Positions 47,903 through 56,760 of a DNA stretch of 64,000 nt are shown piece by piece. The stretch's first letter is position 1. Each line of letters starts with the position of its first letter. A program made the position numbers and the translations under genes. Under the pieces are notes generated by a model, which was not told where the DNA came from, searched no databases, and saw nothing but the letters and a program-made list of their open reading frames with translations. This DNA is from Dehalococcoidia bacterium (GTDB taxonomy: Bacteria > Chloroflexota > Dehalococcoidia > UBA6926), in assembly GCA_034422835.1 (NCBI GenBank), contig DAOUJJ010000005.1, positions 74,891 to 138,890 on the forward strand, in the 5' to 3' direction.

Positions 47903-48958
47903 ATGTACGCGCGCGCGGCCATGTCAAATGGCATGGGTCGAAACGTGCCGTATCCTAATCGCATGACAATTCCTGCCGAACCGCTGCTAAGCGTGGACAA
48001 TCTGCACACGTCCTTTTTCACCCAGGACGGCACCGTCAAGGCCGTTCAGGAAACGAGCTTTGCCGTTCGCCCCGGGGAAATCCTGGGCATCGTCGGCGAG
48101 AGCGGCTGCGGCAAGACGACGGCGGGCCTCTCCGTGATGGGACTCGTGCCCTACCCCGGCCGGGTGGTGGACGGGCGCATCAGCTTCAGGGGAACCGACC
48201 TGGATGAGATGGACGAGGACGATCGTCGCATCCTGCGCGGCGAGGCGATGGCCATGATATTCCAGGACCCGCAGGCCGCGCTAAATCCCCTTATCACCAT
48301 CGGCGACCAGATCGCGGAGATATTCAACGCGCACGGGCGCATTGACGCGGATGAGGTGCGTGAGCAAACGCTGACGGCCCTGGCCTCGCTCGGCCTGCCG
48401 GACCCCGAGCACGTCATGCAAAGCTATCCGTGGGAGATGAGTGGCGGCATGTGCCAGCGGGCGATGCTGGCGATGATGCTGGTGCTGGAACCGGAGCTGC
48501 TCATCGCGGATGAGCCGACATCCGCGCTCGACGTGACGCTGCAAGCCGAGATTCTGGAACGAATCATGGGGTTGGCGAAAGACTCCGGCACGGCAATCAT
48601 CCTCATCACCCACGATATGGGTGTCATTGCGCGGGCGGCGGATAAGGTATTGGTGATGTACGGCGGGCGCATCGTGGAATCCGCCGACACGGTCACGCTG
48701 TTCCACAACCCCAGGCATCCCTATACCGCGGCGTTGTTGAACGCCGTACCCCGCCTGGACAGGGATACCAGGCCATTGCACGGCATTCCGGGGGCGCCGC
48801 CGGACCTGCTTGACCCGCCGGACGAGTGCCCATTCCTGCCCCGCTGCAACAAGGCAACCGTCGTCTGCCGCACAAATCCGATGCCGCCGCTGGTCACCAT
48901 CGATGAGGGGCACACCCTCGCCTGCTACAACCCCCTCACAGAGCCGCGGGTACGCTAA
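47903..48958 (+). CDS. ABC transporter ATP-binding protein (oligopeptide/dipeptide DppD/OppD type), orphan
   Basis: Walker A GESGCGKTT, signature MSGGMCQRA, Walker B LLIADEPTSALD and the C-terminal Opp-type extension. No permease or substrate-binding-protein genes are adjacent. The start is possibly ATG 47963. Confidence 0.75.
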   Translation: MYARAAMSNGMGRNVPYPNRMTIPAEPLLSVDNLHTSFFTQDGTVKAVQETSFAVRPGEILGIVGESGCGKTTAGLSVMGLVPYPGRVVDGRISFRGTDLDEMDEDDRRILRGEAMAMIFQDPQAALNPLITIGDQIAEIFNAHGRIDADEVREQTLTALASLGLPDPEHVMQSYPWEMSGGMCQRAMLAMMLVLEPELLIADEPTSALDVTLQAEILERIMGLAKDSGTAIILITHDMGVIARAADKVLVMYGGRIVESADTVTLFHNPRHPYTAALLNAVPRLDRDTRPLHGIPGAPPDLLDPPDECPFLPRCNKATVVCRTNPMPPLVTIDEGHTLACYNPLTEPRVR

Positions 48959-48962
48959 CCCA

Positions 48963-50030
48963 TTAGCCCCTCTGCGGCGTCCCAACGCCGCAGAGGTCTG
49001 CGATGAGCAGCTCCATCGCCGTGTCCTCGTTGAGCTGGCCGGTCTTGAGCGCGATGTCATAGTCCAGGATGGCCCGGTGCATCTCACGAAGGCGGGGCAT
49101 CGTGAAACTGCGGCTCTGGTTCACCGTTTTGCGGATAGCGAAATCGGAGCGCGTGCCGATAGCATCCTGGAGTTCGGACTGTGAGACGCGGCGATCCGTC
49201 GCGTCCTTGGCTGCCAGTAGCCGCCTGACCTGCGTGCCAAGCATGGCCATGATCTGCGGCACGGCTGCCCCGGTGTCCGCTCTCAGCCTCTCGATTCGCT
49301 CCCGGGCGCGGGGGTAGCGGCGCTCAATCACGTCATCGACCATCGCGAAGATGTTTTCCTCACGCGTTGCCCCGGTCATGGAGCTAACATCCTCAACCGT
49401 GATCGGCCTGTCGGGTCCAGCGTAGAGCAGTAGCTTGTCGATCTCGTTGGAGAGCGCCCAAAGATTGCTGCCATGAGCATCGGCGAGCGCGCGCTGGGCC
49501 GCATTATCTATTCGGCCTCCTCGTTCGTGGACAGTTTGGCCGATCCATCCGGTCAGATCGTTGCCGCGCATGGGCGCGAACACACGAACGTTGGCAACGG
49601 GCGCGAGATGCCGCAGCAGCGGATTGGAGTCCGTGGCCGCATTATCCGACAGCACGAGGACGTTCGATTCCGGCAAGCCCGGGGCGATGTCCTTCAGTTG
49701 GCCCCACCCACGAAACGAGTCTGTTGATTGTGGCTCAGAATCCTGAAGAGCAGTCTGCCGGGAACGTGAAGACCGCCCAGCCCCTCTGCCGCCCCCGCCG
49801 CCCTGTGAACGGGAGAACATGCCCAGCAGCCCCTCAACAACCACAAGGCGGCCATTGGCGAGAAACGGCACCGCGCCCGCCTGTGCCACAACTTCCGCCG
49901 GAGTCGTGTCGGCTGCATTCAGCGTCACGGAATTGAGAGACGCCATCTCCGGGTCGCCGAGCTGTTCCCGGAGCGCATCGATGGCGCGCTTACGGGAATA
50001 GTCGTCCTCTCCGTAGTAGATCTCAAGCAT
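48963..50030 (-). CDS. holA: DNA polymerase III subunit delta
   Basis: HolA-like (…LEIYYGEDDY…LVLSDNAATDSNPLLRHLA…) with a low-complexity Gly/Arg/Ser insertion. The start is placed at ATG 50028-50030. The ORF track extends to 50135. Confidence 0.75.
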   Translation of the reverse strand: MLEIYYGEDDYSRKRAIDALREQLGDPEMASLNSVTLNAADTTPAEVVAQAGAVPFLANGRLVVVEGLLGMFSRSQGGGGGRGAGRSSRSRQTALQDSEPQSTDSFRGWGQLKDIAPGLPESNVLVLSDNAATDSNPLLRHLAPVANVRVFAPMRGNDLTGWIGQTVHERGGRIDNAAQRALADAHGSNLWALSNEIDKLLLYAGPDRPITVEDVSSMTGATREENIFAMVDDVIERRYPRARERIERLRADTGAAVPQIMAMLGTQVRRLLAAKDATDRRVSQSELQDAIGTRSDFAIRKTVNQSRSFTMPRLREMHRAILDYDIALKTGQLNEDTAMELLIADLCGVGTPQRG

Positions 50031-50094
50031 GACGGTTCCCTGCTTTTCCTGTTGCCGCGCGGCACGCGTCTCCGTACAATATGCCGCAATACCT

Positions 50095-52428
50095 ATGACA
50101 TCATCGCCCGCGTCGCTGCAAGAGCGATACGACATTATTGCCGCCCTGCCCGGGACATCCCTGTATTCAGTCTATTCCGCCATCGAACGTGAAAGCGGCG
50201 ATGCGGTAGAAATCCGAGAGCCGCGTGTTCGCGCCCTTGAGAATACGTCCACGCTGGGGCCGTTTCACTCGCTCATGGACCGGCATCTGGATGTCCATCA
50301 TGCGCATCTGGGCAGATTGTTGGAAATCCACCCGGACGGCGAGACATTCTGGATGGTGTATGAGCCGGCGCGCGGCGAGCAGCTCCGCGGATGGCTCACA
50401 CGAGGGCTGCAGCTTGATGAGGCGCTGCAGCTCATAGCTCAGGCAGCGTCGGGACTACAGGCGCTGCATGACGCAGGCCTCATCCACGGTGACGTTAATT
50501 CTCGCGATGTCTTTGTCACGCCCGTGTCCGGCGCGCAGCTCCGGAACGCCGGGCTGTCCGAGTTGTCTATCAGTATGAGCGGCCTGCAGTCGTCTCTGCA
50601 GATTCCTCTGCCCGCATTCATGGCGCCGGAGGTCCTGCGCGGTTCCGAGCCGGGGCCAAAGTCGGACATCTTCTCACTCGGCATGGTGCTGTATGAGACG
50701 CTGACCGGCCATTTGCCCTTCACCGGCAACAATCGTGACACCGTGCGGGTTAAGCAGCAGGAGGGGCGTATCGCGCCTGTTACCGCGCTGAACCCTGCAC
50801 TGCCCGCCGCGCTGGACGAGATTGTGGGCAGGGCGCTTGCATGGGACCCGAACGAGCGCTTCGCATCCGCGCAGGAGATGCGGGAAACGCTGTTGGAGTT
50901 TCGGAACAACCTCCCCATGCCGGAGGCGCAGATTGTTGTCCCCGACGAGGCTGCGCGGCAGGAGATCCTGGAGGACATCGCTCAATTCGAGCCAACGCGC
51001 ATGAGCGTGGATGGGGACGGAACAGGCAAGTTCCGCGTTTGCGGGGAGTGCCTCGCCATCAATCTTGCAAGCGTGACACGCTGCGCTGTGTGCTGGCGGG
51101 ATATTCGAGATGCGCCCGTGCTGAGTCGCACTGAGGCAGAGGAATTTGCGCAGGGCACTCAACGCCGGCGAACCAGACAGAAGTGGGTACGCCGCGGAGC
51201 AGTCGCCTTTGCCGTGCTCGCCCTGCTCGTCCTGTTCATCTATGACCGCGGCGCTCCGCCCGGCCTTTTGACCGGCCCCCCAACAACCACGCTAACGGCG
51301 CAAATCGGCGACGGCCTGTGGACGACTCCGCGTGGCGGGGCCGCCAGCATGGGCAGCGCCACTACCGTAGATGCCGTGCCGCAGGGAGTTGAGCGCTGGC
51401 GCACGGAAATCGGGGCGGAGGTGACGTCGTCGCCGACAATCGCCGATGGCCGCGTATTCGTCACGACTCTCGATGCCCGGATCTTTGCATATTCGACTGA
51501 AGACGGTTCACTGATCTGGGAACGGCCGGGGCCCGGCCCAATGGACGCGTCGCCAATAGTCGCGGATGATCGGCTCTACATCGCATACAGAAATTCGAGA
51601 TTGGCCGCGCTTGAAGCCGACACCGGTGAGACAATCTGGGAATCCGTGATCTCGAACCCGCTTTTCTCCTGGGTCAACGTTGCTGATGGCAGCGTGTACC
51701 TTTCGTCCCAGAACGGCGTGATCCAGGCGTTTGATGCCGGAACAGGCGAGAAGCGATGGGAGATAGAGACCGGAGACGGTATGTTCGCGCCTCCATCCAT
51801 CAGCGAGGGGATGGTCATCATCCCGACGCGGGGCAACCAGGTTCTTGTTCTCGTCGGCGAGACGGGGCAGACACGGCTCAGTTATGTTGTTCCCGCCGCG
51901 GTTGAGGGGGCCGCTGCGGTGAGTCACGGTACGGCCGCGTTCGGCGACGTGCGCGGATTCATTTACGCCATCGACATCCGAGCACAGAACCTTCCATTCG
52001 AAAAGACAGTTCTCAGATTCTGGGCCCAGTTCGCCATCTGGGGTCTCGCCCCTTTCCCGCCTGCGCAGAGCGGCACGGCATGGACTCACAGCATTCGGGA
52101 AGAGGTCTGGGCTGACGCAGCCATCGCTGGCAATCGCGCATTCTTCGCAACGCGAGAGGGCAATGTCTACGCTTTCACTCTTACCGGCGGCCAGGAACTG
52201 TGGAAGACGGCGCTGGGCGACGAGCCTGCCTGGGCCGGCTCGCCCACGGTCGTAGATGACGTGCTGTACGTCGGATCACAAGACGGGCGCCTCTATGCTC
52301 TTGACACAGTCACAGGCGACCACGTGTGGAGCCTTGACCTCGAGTACTCGGTGTCCTCAGCGCCGGCCTATGCTGACGGCGGCCTCTTTGTGCTGACCGA
52401 CAACGGCACGCTCTACGCTTTCGAGTAG
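50095..52428 (+). CDS. membrane-anchored protein with a kinase-fold (predicted pseudokinase) domain, zinc-ribbon, TM and PQQ-repeat beta-propeller
   Basis: The N-terminal roughly 270 aa align to Ser/Thr protein kinases (APE: FMAPEV; SDIFSLGMVLYETLTGHLPF). Catalytic residues are substituted: the VAIK Lys becomes Arg (VEIRE), HRD becomes HGD, the catalytic-loop K becomes N and N becomes D (HGDVNSRD), and DFG becomes NAG. A CGECLA…CAVCW zinc ribbon follows, then the TM AVAFAVLALLVLFIY, then about 400 aa of repeated PQQ-like WxxxxG… motifs (LIWER…, TIWES…, KRWEI…, ELWKT…, HVWSL…). Confidence 0.75.
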   Translation: MTSSPASLQERYDIIAALPGTSLYSVYSAIERESGDAVEIREPRVRALENTSTLGPFHSLMDRHLDVHHAHLGRLLEIHPDGETFWMVYEPARGEQLRGWLTRGLQLDEALQLIAQAASGLQALHDAGLIHGDVNSRDVFVTPVSGAQLRNAGLSELSISMSGLQSSLQIPLPAFMAPEVLRGSEPGPKSDIFSLGMVLYETLTGHLPFTGNNRDTVRVKQQEGRIAPVTALNPALPAALDEIVGRALAWDPNERFASAQEMRETLLEFRNNLPMPEAQIVVPDEAARQEILEDIAQFEPTRMSVDGDGTGKFRVCGECLAINLASVTRCAVCWRDIRDAPVLSRTEAEEFAQGTQRRRTRQKWVRRGAVAFAVLALLVLFIYDRGAPPGLLTGPPTTTLTAQIGDGLWTTPRGGAASMGSATTVDAVPQGVERWRTEIGAEVTSSPTIADGRVFVTTLDARIFAYSTEDGSLIWERPGPGPMDASPIVADDRLYIAYRNSRLAALEADTGETIWESVISNPLFSWVNVADGSVYLSSQNGVIQAFDAGTGEKRWEIETGDGMFAPPSISEGMVIIPTRGNQVLVLVGETGQTRLSYVVPAAVEGAAAVSHGTAAFGDVRGFIYAIDIRAQNLPFEKTVLRFWAQFAIWGLAPFPPAQSGTAWTHSIREEVWADAAIAGNRAFFATREGNVYAFTLTGGQELWKTALGDEPAWAGSPTVVDDVLYVGSQDGRLYALDTVTGDHVWSLDLEYSVSSAPAYADGGLFVLTDNGTLYAFE

Positions 52429-52435
52429 CCCCGCC

Positions 52436-53536
52436 ATGGACGTTGGCATCATCGGCCTGCCCTCAAGCGGCAAGACCACATTGCTCAACGCTCTCACACA
52501 TGCCCACGCGGAGACGGGCGCATTCAGCGCCGCCCAACAGCCCAACCTTGGAGTCGTCCGCATCCCTGATCCCCGGCTGGACCGCATCTCGGAGTTGGTT
52601 GAACCGAAGCGCGTTGTGCAGGCAGAGCTTTCGTTCATCGATATTCCGGGACAGCCGCCGGAGATGGGCAAGTCGCGCGGCATCCAGGGGCAGTACCTGC
52701 TGGAGGTGAGCCAGGCCGACGCGCTTCTGCTGGTGGTTCGCGGTTTTCGTTCTCCGGCTCTGCCCGATCCGACGCCGGACACCGACGTCGAAACGATGCT
52801 CATGGAGATGGTGTTCGCAGACATGGCCATCGTCACACGGCGGCTTGAGCGCATCGATGATTCCCTGAAAGGGGCCCGCGCCACGGAACGAGACACAATG
52901 TTGGCCGAGGCTGATCTGCTACGTCGACTCCACGGCGCGCTCGAAAACAGCGAAGCTATCCGAAGCGTGGACATGACTCCCGACGAGGAGCGGATGATCT
53001 CCGGTTTCACATTCCTGACGACCAAGCCGCTGATCATCGTGCTGAACATTTCAGAGGACGATTTGGCACGCAGTGATGAATTGTCGATGGAGTGGAACAC
53101 CACACACGGCGGCTCCACTACAGGCTGCATCGCGCTCTCAGCCCGGCTGGAAGAGGAATTATCCCAGCTTGAGCCGGAGGAGGCCGCAGCGTTCCGTGAG
53201 GAGATGGGCGCGCCGCATGATGCCACCGGCGAGTTGTCACGACTTGCCCAGAACGTGGCGGGCCTCATCACGTTCTACACGGTTGGGCCAAACGAGACAC
53301 GGGCATGGCAGCTTGAGACGGACACACCTGCCCCACAGGCAGCGGGCAGGAAGATTCACACGGACATGGAACGTGGTTTCATCCGCGCTGAGGTCACGTC
53401 CTACCATGACTTCATCGCGGTGGAGGGCAAGTTCGCCGAGGCGCGCCGCCGCGGCACACTCCGCCAGGAGGGCAAGACCTACATCATCCAGGACGGAGAC
53501 GTCGTAACGTTCCTGTTCAACGTCTCAGGGCGGTAA
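52436..53536 (+). CDS. ychF: redox-regulated ATPase YchF/OLA1 (Obg-family GTPase with C-terminal TGS domain)
   Basis: N-terminal P-loop GIIGLPSSGKTTLLNALT and the C-terminal TGS-like segment …GFIRAEVTSYHDFIAVEG…GKTYIIQDGDVVTFLFNVS. Confidence 0.8.
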   Translation: MDVGIIGLPSSGKTTLLNALTHAHAETGAFSAAQQPNLGVVRIPDPRLDRISELVEPKRVVQAELSFIDIPGQPPEMGKSRGIQGQYLLEVSQADALLLVVRGFRSPALPDPTPDTDVETMLMEMVFADMAIVTRRLERIDDSLKGARATERDTMLAEADLLRRLHGALENSEAIRSVDMTPDEERMISGFTFLTTKPLIIVLNISEDDLARSDELSMEWNTTHGGSTTGCIALSARLEEELSQLEPEEAAAFREEMGAPHDATGELSRLAQNVAGLITFYTVGPNETRAWQLETDTPAPQAAGRKIHTDMERGFIRAEVTSYHDFIAVEGKFAEARRRGTLRQEGKTYIIQDGDVVTFLFNVSGR

Positions 53537-55867
53537 CTACCCCTGCGCGTCCTGGATGGCGCGCCAGACACGCTCGGGCGTTAGCGGCATCTCAATGTGG
53601 CTGACACCGAGAGGAGAAAGTGCATCGACGACCGCGTTTACCACGGCGGACGGCGCGCCCGTCGTCGGGCCTTCGCCCATTCCCTTGACACCCAGTGAGT
53701 TCAGCGGGGAGGGCGTCTCCGAAAACGCCACGACGAATTCCGGCGTCATCTCAGCCGTCGGTATCGCATAATCCATCAGCGAGGCATTCAGGAGCTGTCC
53801 GGCCTGATCGTATTCGGAAATCTCGTACAGTGCCTGGCCGATGCCCTGCGTCGCGCCGCCATGCACCTGCCCCACCACCGTCATCGGGTTCACGATGACA
53901 CCCTGATCGTCGACGGTGTACAGGCGCTGTAGGTCAACGTCACCTGTTTCGATGTCTACATCAACGACGGCGATATACGTGCCGAAGTTGTACGTAAGGC
54001 CGCTCGGCTGGAAGAACGAGTCCTCATCCAGGCCGAATTCCATATCCGCCGGGCGCGCGAGCACCTGGAAAGACGCGTCGGCAACCTCGGCGAACGGGAG
54101 TCGTCGCTCCCCGTCCGTGGTGCAGATGAACACGCCGCCTTCCAGCGTTACCTGATCCGGCTCGCAGTTCATCATGTGGGCGGCGAGTTTCAGCATCTTG
54201 TCGCGCACCTTTTCGGCGGCGATCTTGGCGGACATGCCGCCCGTCACAAGCGCGCGGCTGCCGTATGTCCCGACTCCGTGCGCGATGGTGGCCGTGTCGC
54301 CATGGAGAACGGTCACGTCGGCATCTGAAATGCCAAAAACGTCGGCGACTATCTGGGCAAAGACGGTCTCGCCGCCCTGCCCATGTGGGGACGAGCCGGT
54401 GAACAGCGTGACCTTGCCGCCGCGGTCAACACGCACCCTGCCCCATTCGTAGCGGCTGCTGCTGGGATCAACCGGGCTGGGGCCGGAGCCGCCCGTCTTG
54501 ACCCAAGAGGCGATGCCGACGCCCATGTGACGCCCCTCCGCCCGTGCCTGCTGCTGCTGTTCTCGCAGTTGCTGATAGCTGCTGAGCTCCATGACTTGAT
54601 CCAAGGAGGCTTCGTAGTTTCCGCTGTCGAAAACATCCCCGCCGCCCGAGCGCATCGGCTGATCAAACGGCGGGAGGTAGTTGCGGCGTCGAATCTCTGT
54701 TGGATCGAGGCCAAGCTCACTGGCAAGTCGGTCCAGTCCGCGCTCGATGAGGTGAATGCCCTCCGGCCTGCCCGCGCCGCGGTACGGTCCCTGCGGCGTT
54801 GTATTCGTGTAGCCGTTCTCGACCTCGAATTCCACATTGGGTATGTCGTAGACACCGGTTGAAATCATGGCGGATGAGGCGGACAAGGACGGCTCAGGCC
54901 CCTTGGCGTACGCGCCGAGATCATGCAGATGGCGCACGCGGAGGCCGGTCAACTTGCCGTCCGCATCTGCGGAAACCTCCAGGTAGGATGTCTTGCCGCG
55001 CGCCTGGTGCATCGCCAAAAAGTCCTCGGTGCGCGTGGCAACCCACTTGACGGGCACGCCAAGCTGCATCGAGGCGATGCAGATGAGCGCATACTCCGGG
55101 TCCTCATGCTTCACGCCGAAACCGCCGCCAACATCCGGCGCAACCACGCGGACGCTGTCATTCGTCAGATGCAGGATCTCGGCAAGGTGATCACGCAGCG
55201 CGTGCGGCGTTTGAACCGTCGCCCACAGGCTCATCGTCTCCTGTACGGCGTCCCAGTGCGCGAGGCCGGCGCGGGGTTCCATCGGCACACCATGGATCTT
55301 CTGGTTCACGATCCGTTCACGAACGATAACCGCGGCCTCCTCGAATGCCTGGGAGACGTTCCCGAGTTGATAGCGCCAGTGGATGATCCCGTTCGGTCGG
55401 TCGTCATGGACGCGCGGGGCATCGTCTCTCAGCGCTTTCTCCACCTCGATTGCCGCCTCCAGCGGCTCGTAGTCGACAAAGATGAGGTCCGCCGCGTCCC
55501 GCGCTCCGTAGCGGGTATCAGCAACGACTACAGCGACAACTTCGCCGACATGTCGCGCCTTATCGACTGCAATCAGGTCATATGGAGCCGATTCCGCGTC
55601 GTAAAACTTCAGAGAGACGGTTGGATTGGTGCCGAATCGCGGGTGAATATCCTTTCCTGTCAGCACTGCGGTGACGCCGGGCGTCTGCAAGGCTGTCGAG
55701 GTGTCGATGCTGCGGATGCGCGCATGGGCGTGTGGACTGCGGACAAGGCTGGCCCATTGGATGCCGGGAACCTTGATGTCCTCGACAAACGCGCCGCGGC
55801 CACGCAGGAGCTTGTCATCCTCCCGCCGGGCGACCGACTGACCAACGAGTTTCGTATCCGTGGCCAT
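53537..55867 (-). CDS. form-II CoxL-like molybdopterin-binding large subunit (paralogue L')
   Basis: Shows MATDTKLVGQSVARREDDKLLRGRGAFVEDI and the active-site loop GPYRGAGRPEG (AYRGAGR type, not the AYXCSFR of bona fide CO dehydrogenase). The start is placed at ATG 55865-55867 with an AAAGGA Shine-Dalgarno, 20 nt after the FAD-subunit stop. Confidence 0.85.
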   Translation of the reverse strand: MATDTKLVGQSVARREDDKLLRGRGAFVEDIKVPGIQWASLVRSPHAHARIRSIDTSTALQTPGVTAVLTGKDIHPRFGTNPTVSLKFYDAESAPYDLIAVDKARHVGEVVAVVVADTRYGARDAADLIFVDYEPLEAAIEVEKALRDDAPRVHDDRPNGIIHWRYQLGNVSQAFEEAAVIVRERIVNQKIHGVPMEPRAGLAHWDAVQETMSLWATVQTPHALRDHLAEILHLTNDSVRVVAPDVGGGFGVKHEDPEYALICIASMQLGVPVKWVATRTEDFLAMHQARGKTSYLEVSADADGKLTGLRVRHLHDLGAYAKGPEPSLSASSAMISTGVYDIPNVEFEVENGYTNTTPQGPYRGAGRPEGIHLIERGLDRLASELGLDPTEIRRRNYLPPFDQPMRSGGGDVFDSGNYEASLDQVMELSSYQQLREQQQQARAEGRHMGVGIASWVKTGGSGPSPVDPSSSRYEWGRVRVDRGGKVTLFTGSSPHGQGGETVFAQIVADVFGISDADVTVLHGDTATIAHGVGTYGSRALVTGGMSAKIAAEKVRDKMLKLAAHMMNCEPDQVTLEGGVFICTTDGERRLPFAEVADASFQVLARPADMEFGLDEDSFFQPSGLTYNFGTYIAVVDVDIETGDVDLQRLYTVDDQGVIVNPMTVVGQVHGGATQGIGQALYEISEYDQAGQLLNASLMDYAIPTAEMTPEFVVAFSETPSPLNSLGVKGMGEGPTTGAPSAVVNAVVDALSPLGVSHIEMPLTPERVWRAIQDAQG

Positions 55868-55887
55868 GTCTTTGTCCTTTCTCGCGG

Positions 55888-56760
55888 TTATTCCCGGGCG
55901 CGCTCCACCGCCTGCGTGAGCGCGCGTTTGGTCAGCACGCGGCACAGATTCTGCCGATACTCCGGGGATCCGTGCAGGTCTGCAATGCACTCAAGGCCAT
56001 CCGCCGCCATGGCGGACGCCGCTGCAATGGCGTCCGGTGTCGGCACCTGCCCTCTCAGCGTCTCTTCGACGGCCGTTGCGCGGGCTGCGCGCGACGCCGC
56101 GCCGGTGATGCCCACGGCGACACGGGACAGGTAACCGCTGTCATCCAACGAAACGGCCGCGGCCACGCCGACGATGGCAAAGTGTGACGCCTTGTTCGCG
56201 AATTTGAGATAAGCCGCGCCCGTCCGCCCCTCTGAGATGGGGATGATAATCTCCGTGATGATCTCGTCCTCGGCAAGCGTTGTGATGAACGCGTCCATGA
56301 TGAGTTCATCAACGGATACGACGCGCACGCCGTTCGGCCCTGCAATCTCAACCTGCGCGTCAAGCGCAAGCAAGGTGGCGGGATAGTCGGCGACGGGGTC
56401 GGCGTGCGCGATGCTGCCGCCGAGCGTGCCGAGATTCCGCACCTGCACATCTGCGATCTCCGCGGCCGTTTCAGCCAGGACCGGAATCGTGTCAAGGACG
56501 ACGTCGGACCCGGCGACGTGAGCATGACTCGTCATCGAGCCGATTCGCAGATTGTTGCCGTCCGAGCTGATGTGGGACAACTCGCCGCGCGTCTTGCGCA
56601 AATCAACCACGAGGCCGGGCATGGCGACGCGGAGCTTCATCATCGGAAGGAGGCTCTGACCACCGGCAATGACCTTACCCTCGCCGGGCCGCTGTTGAAG
56701 GAGGATGATTGCCTCCGCAACAGAATCAGGGGCGGCGTAGTCGAATGCTCCGGGAATCAT
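55888..56760 (-). CDS. xanthine-dehydrogenase-family FAD-binding medium subunit (CoxM-like)
   Basis: Shows MIPGAFDYAAPDSVAEAI…GGQSLLPMMKLR. Its ATG overlaps the upstream L-subunit TGA (ATGA). Confidence 0.85.
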   Translation of the reverse strand: MIPGAFDYAAPDSVAEAIILLQQRPGEGKVIAGGQSLLPMMKLRVAMPGLVVDLRKTRGELSHISSDGNNLRIGSMTSHAHVAGSDVVLDTIPVLAETAAEIADVQVRNLGTLGGSIAHADPVADYPATLLALDAQVEIAGPNGVRVVSVDELIMDAFITTLAEDEIITEIIIPISEGRTGAAYLKFANKASHFAIVGVAAAVSLDDSGYLSRVAVGITGAASRAARATAVEETLRGQVPTPDAIAAASAMAADGLECIADLHGSPEYRQNLCRVLTKRALTQAVERARE

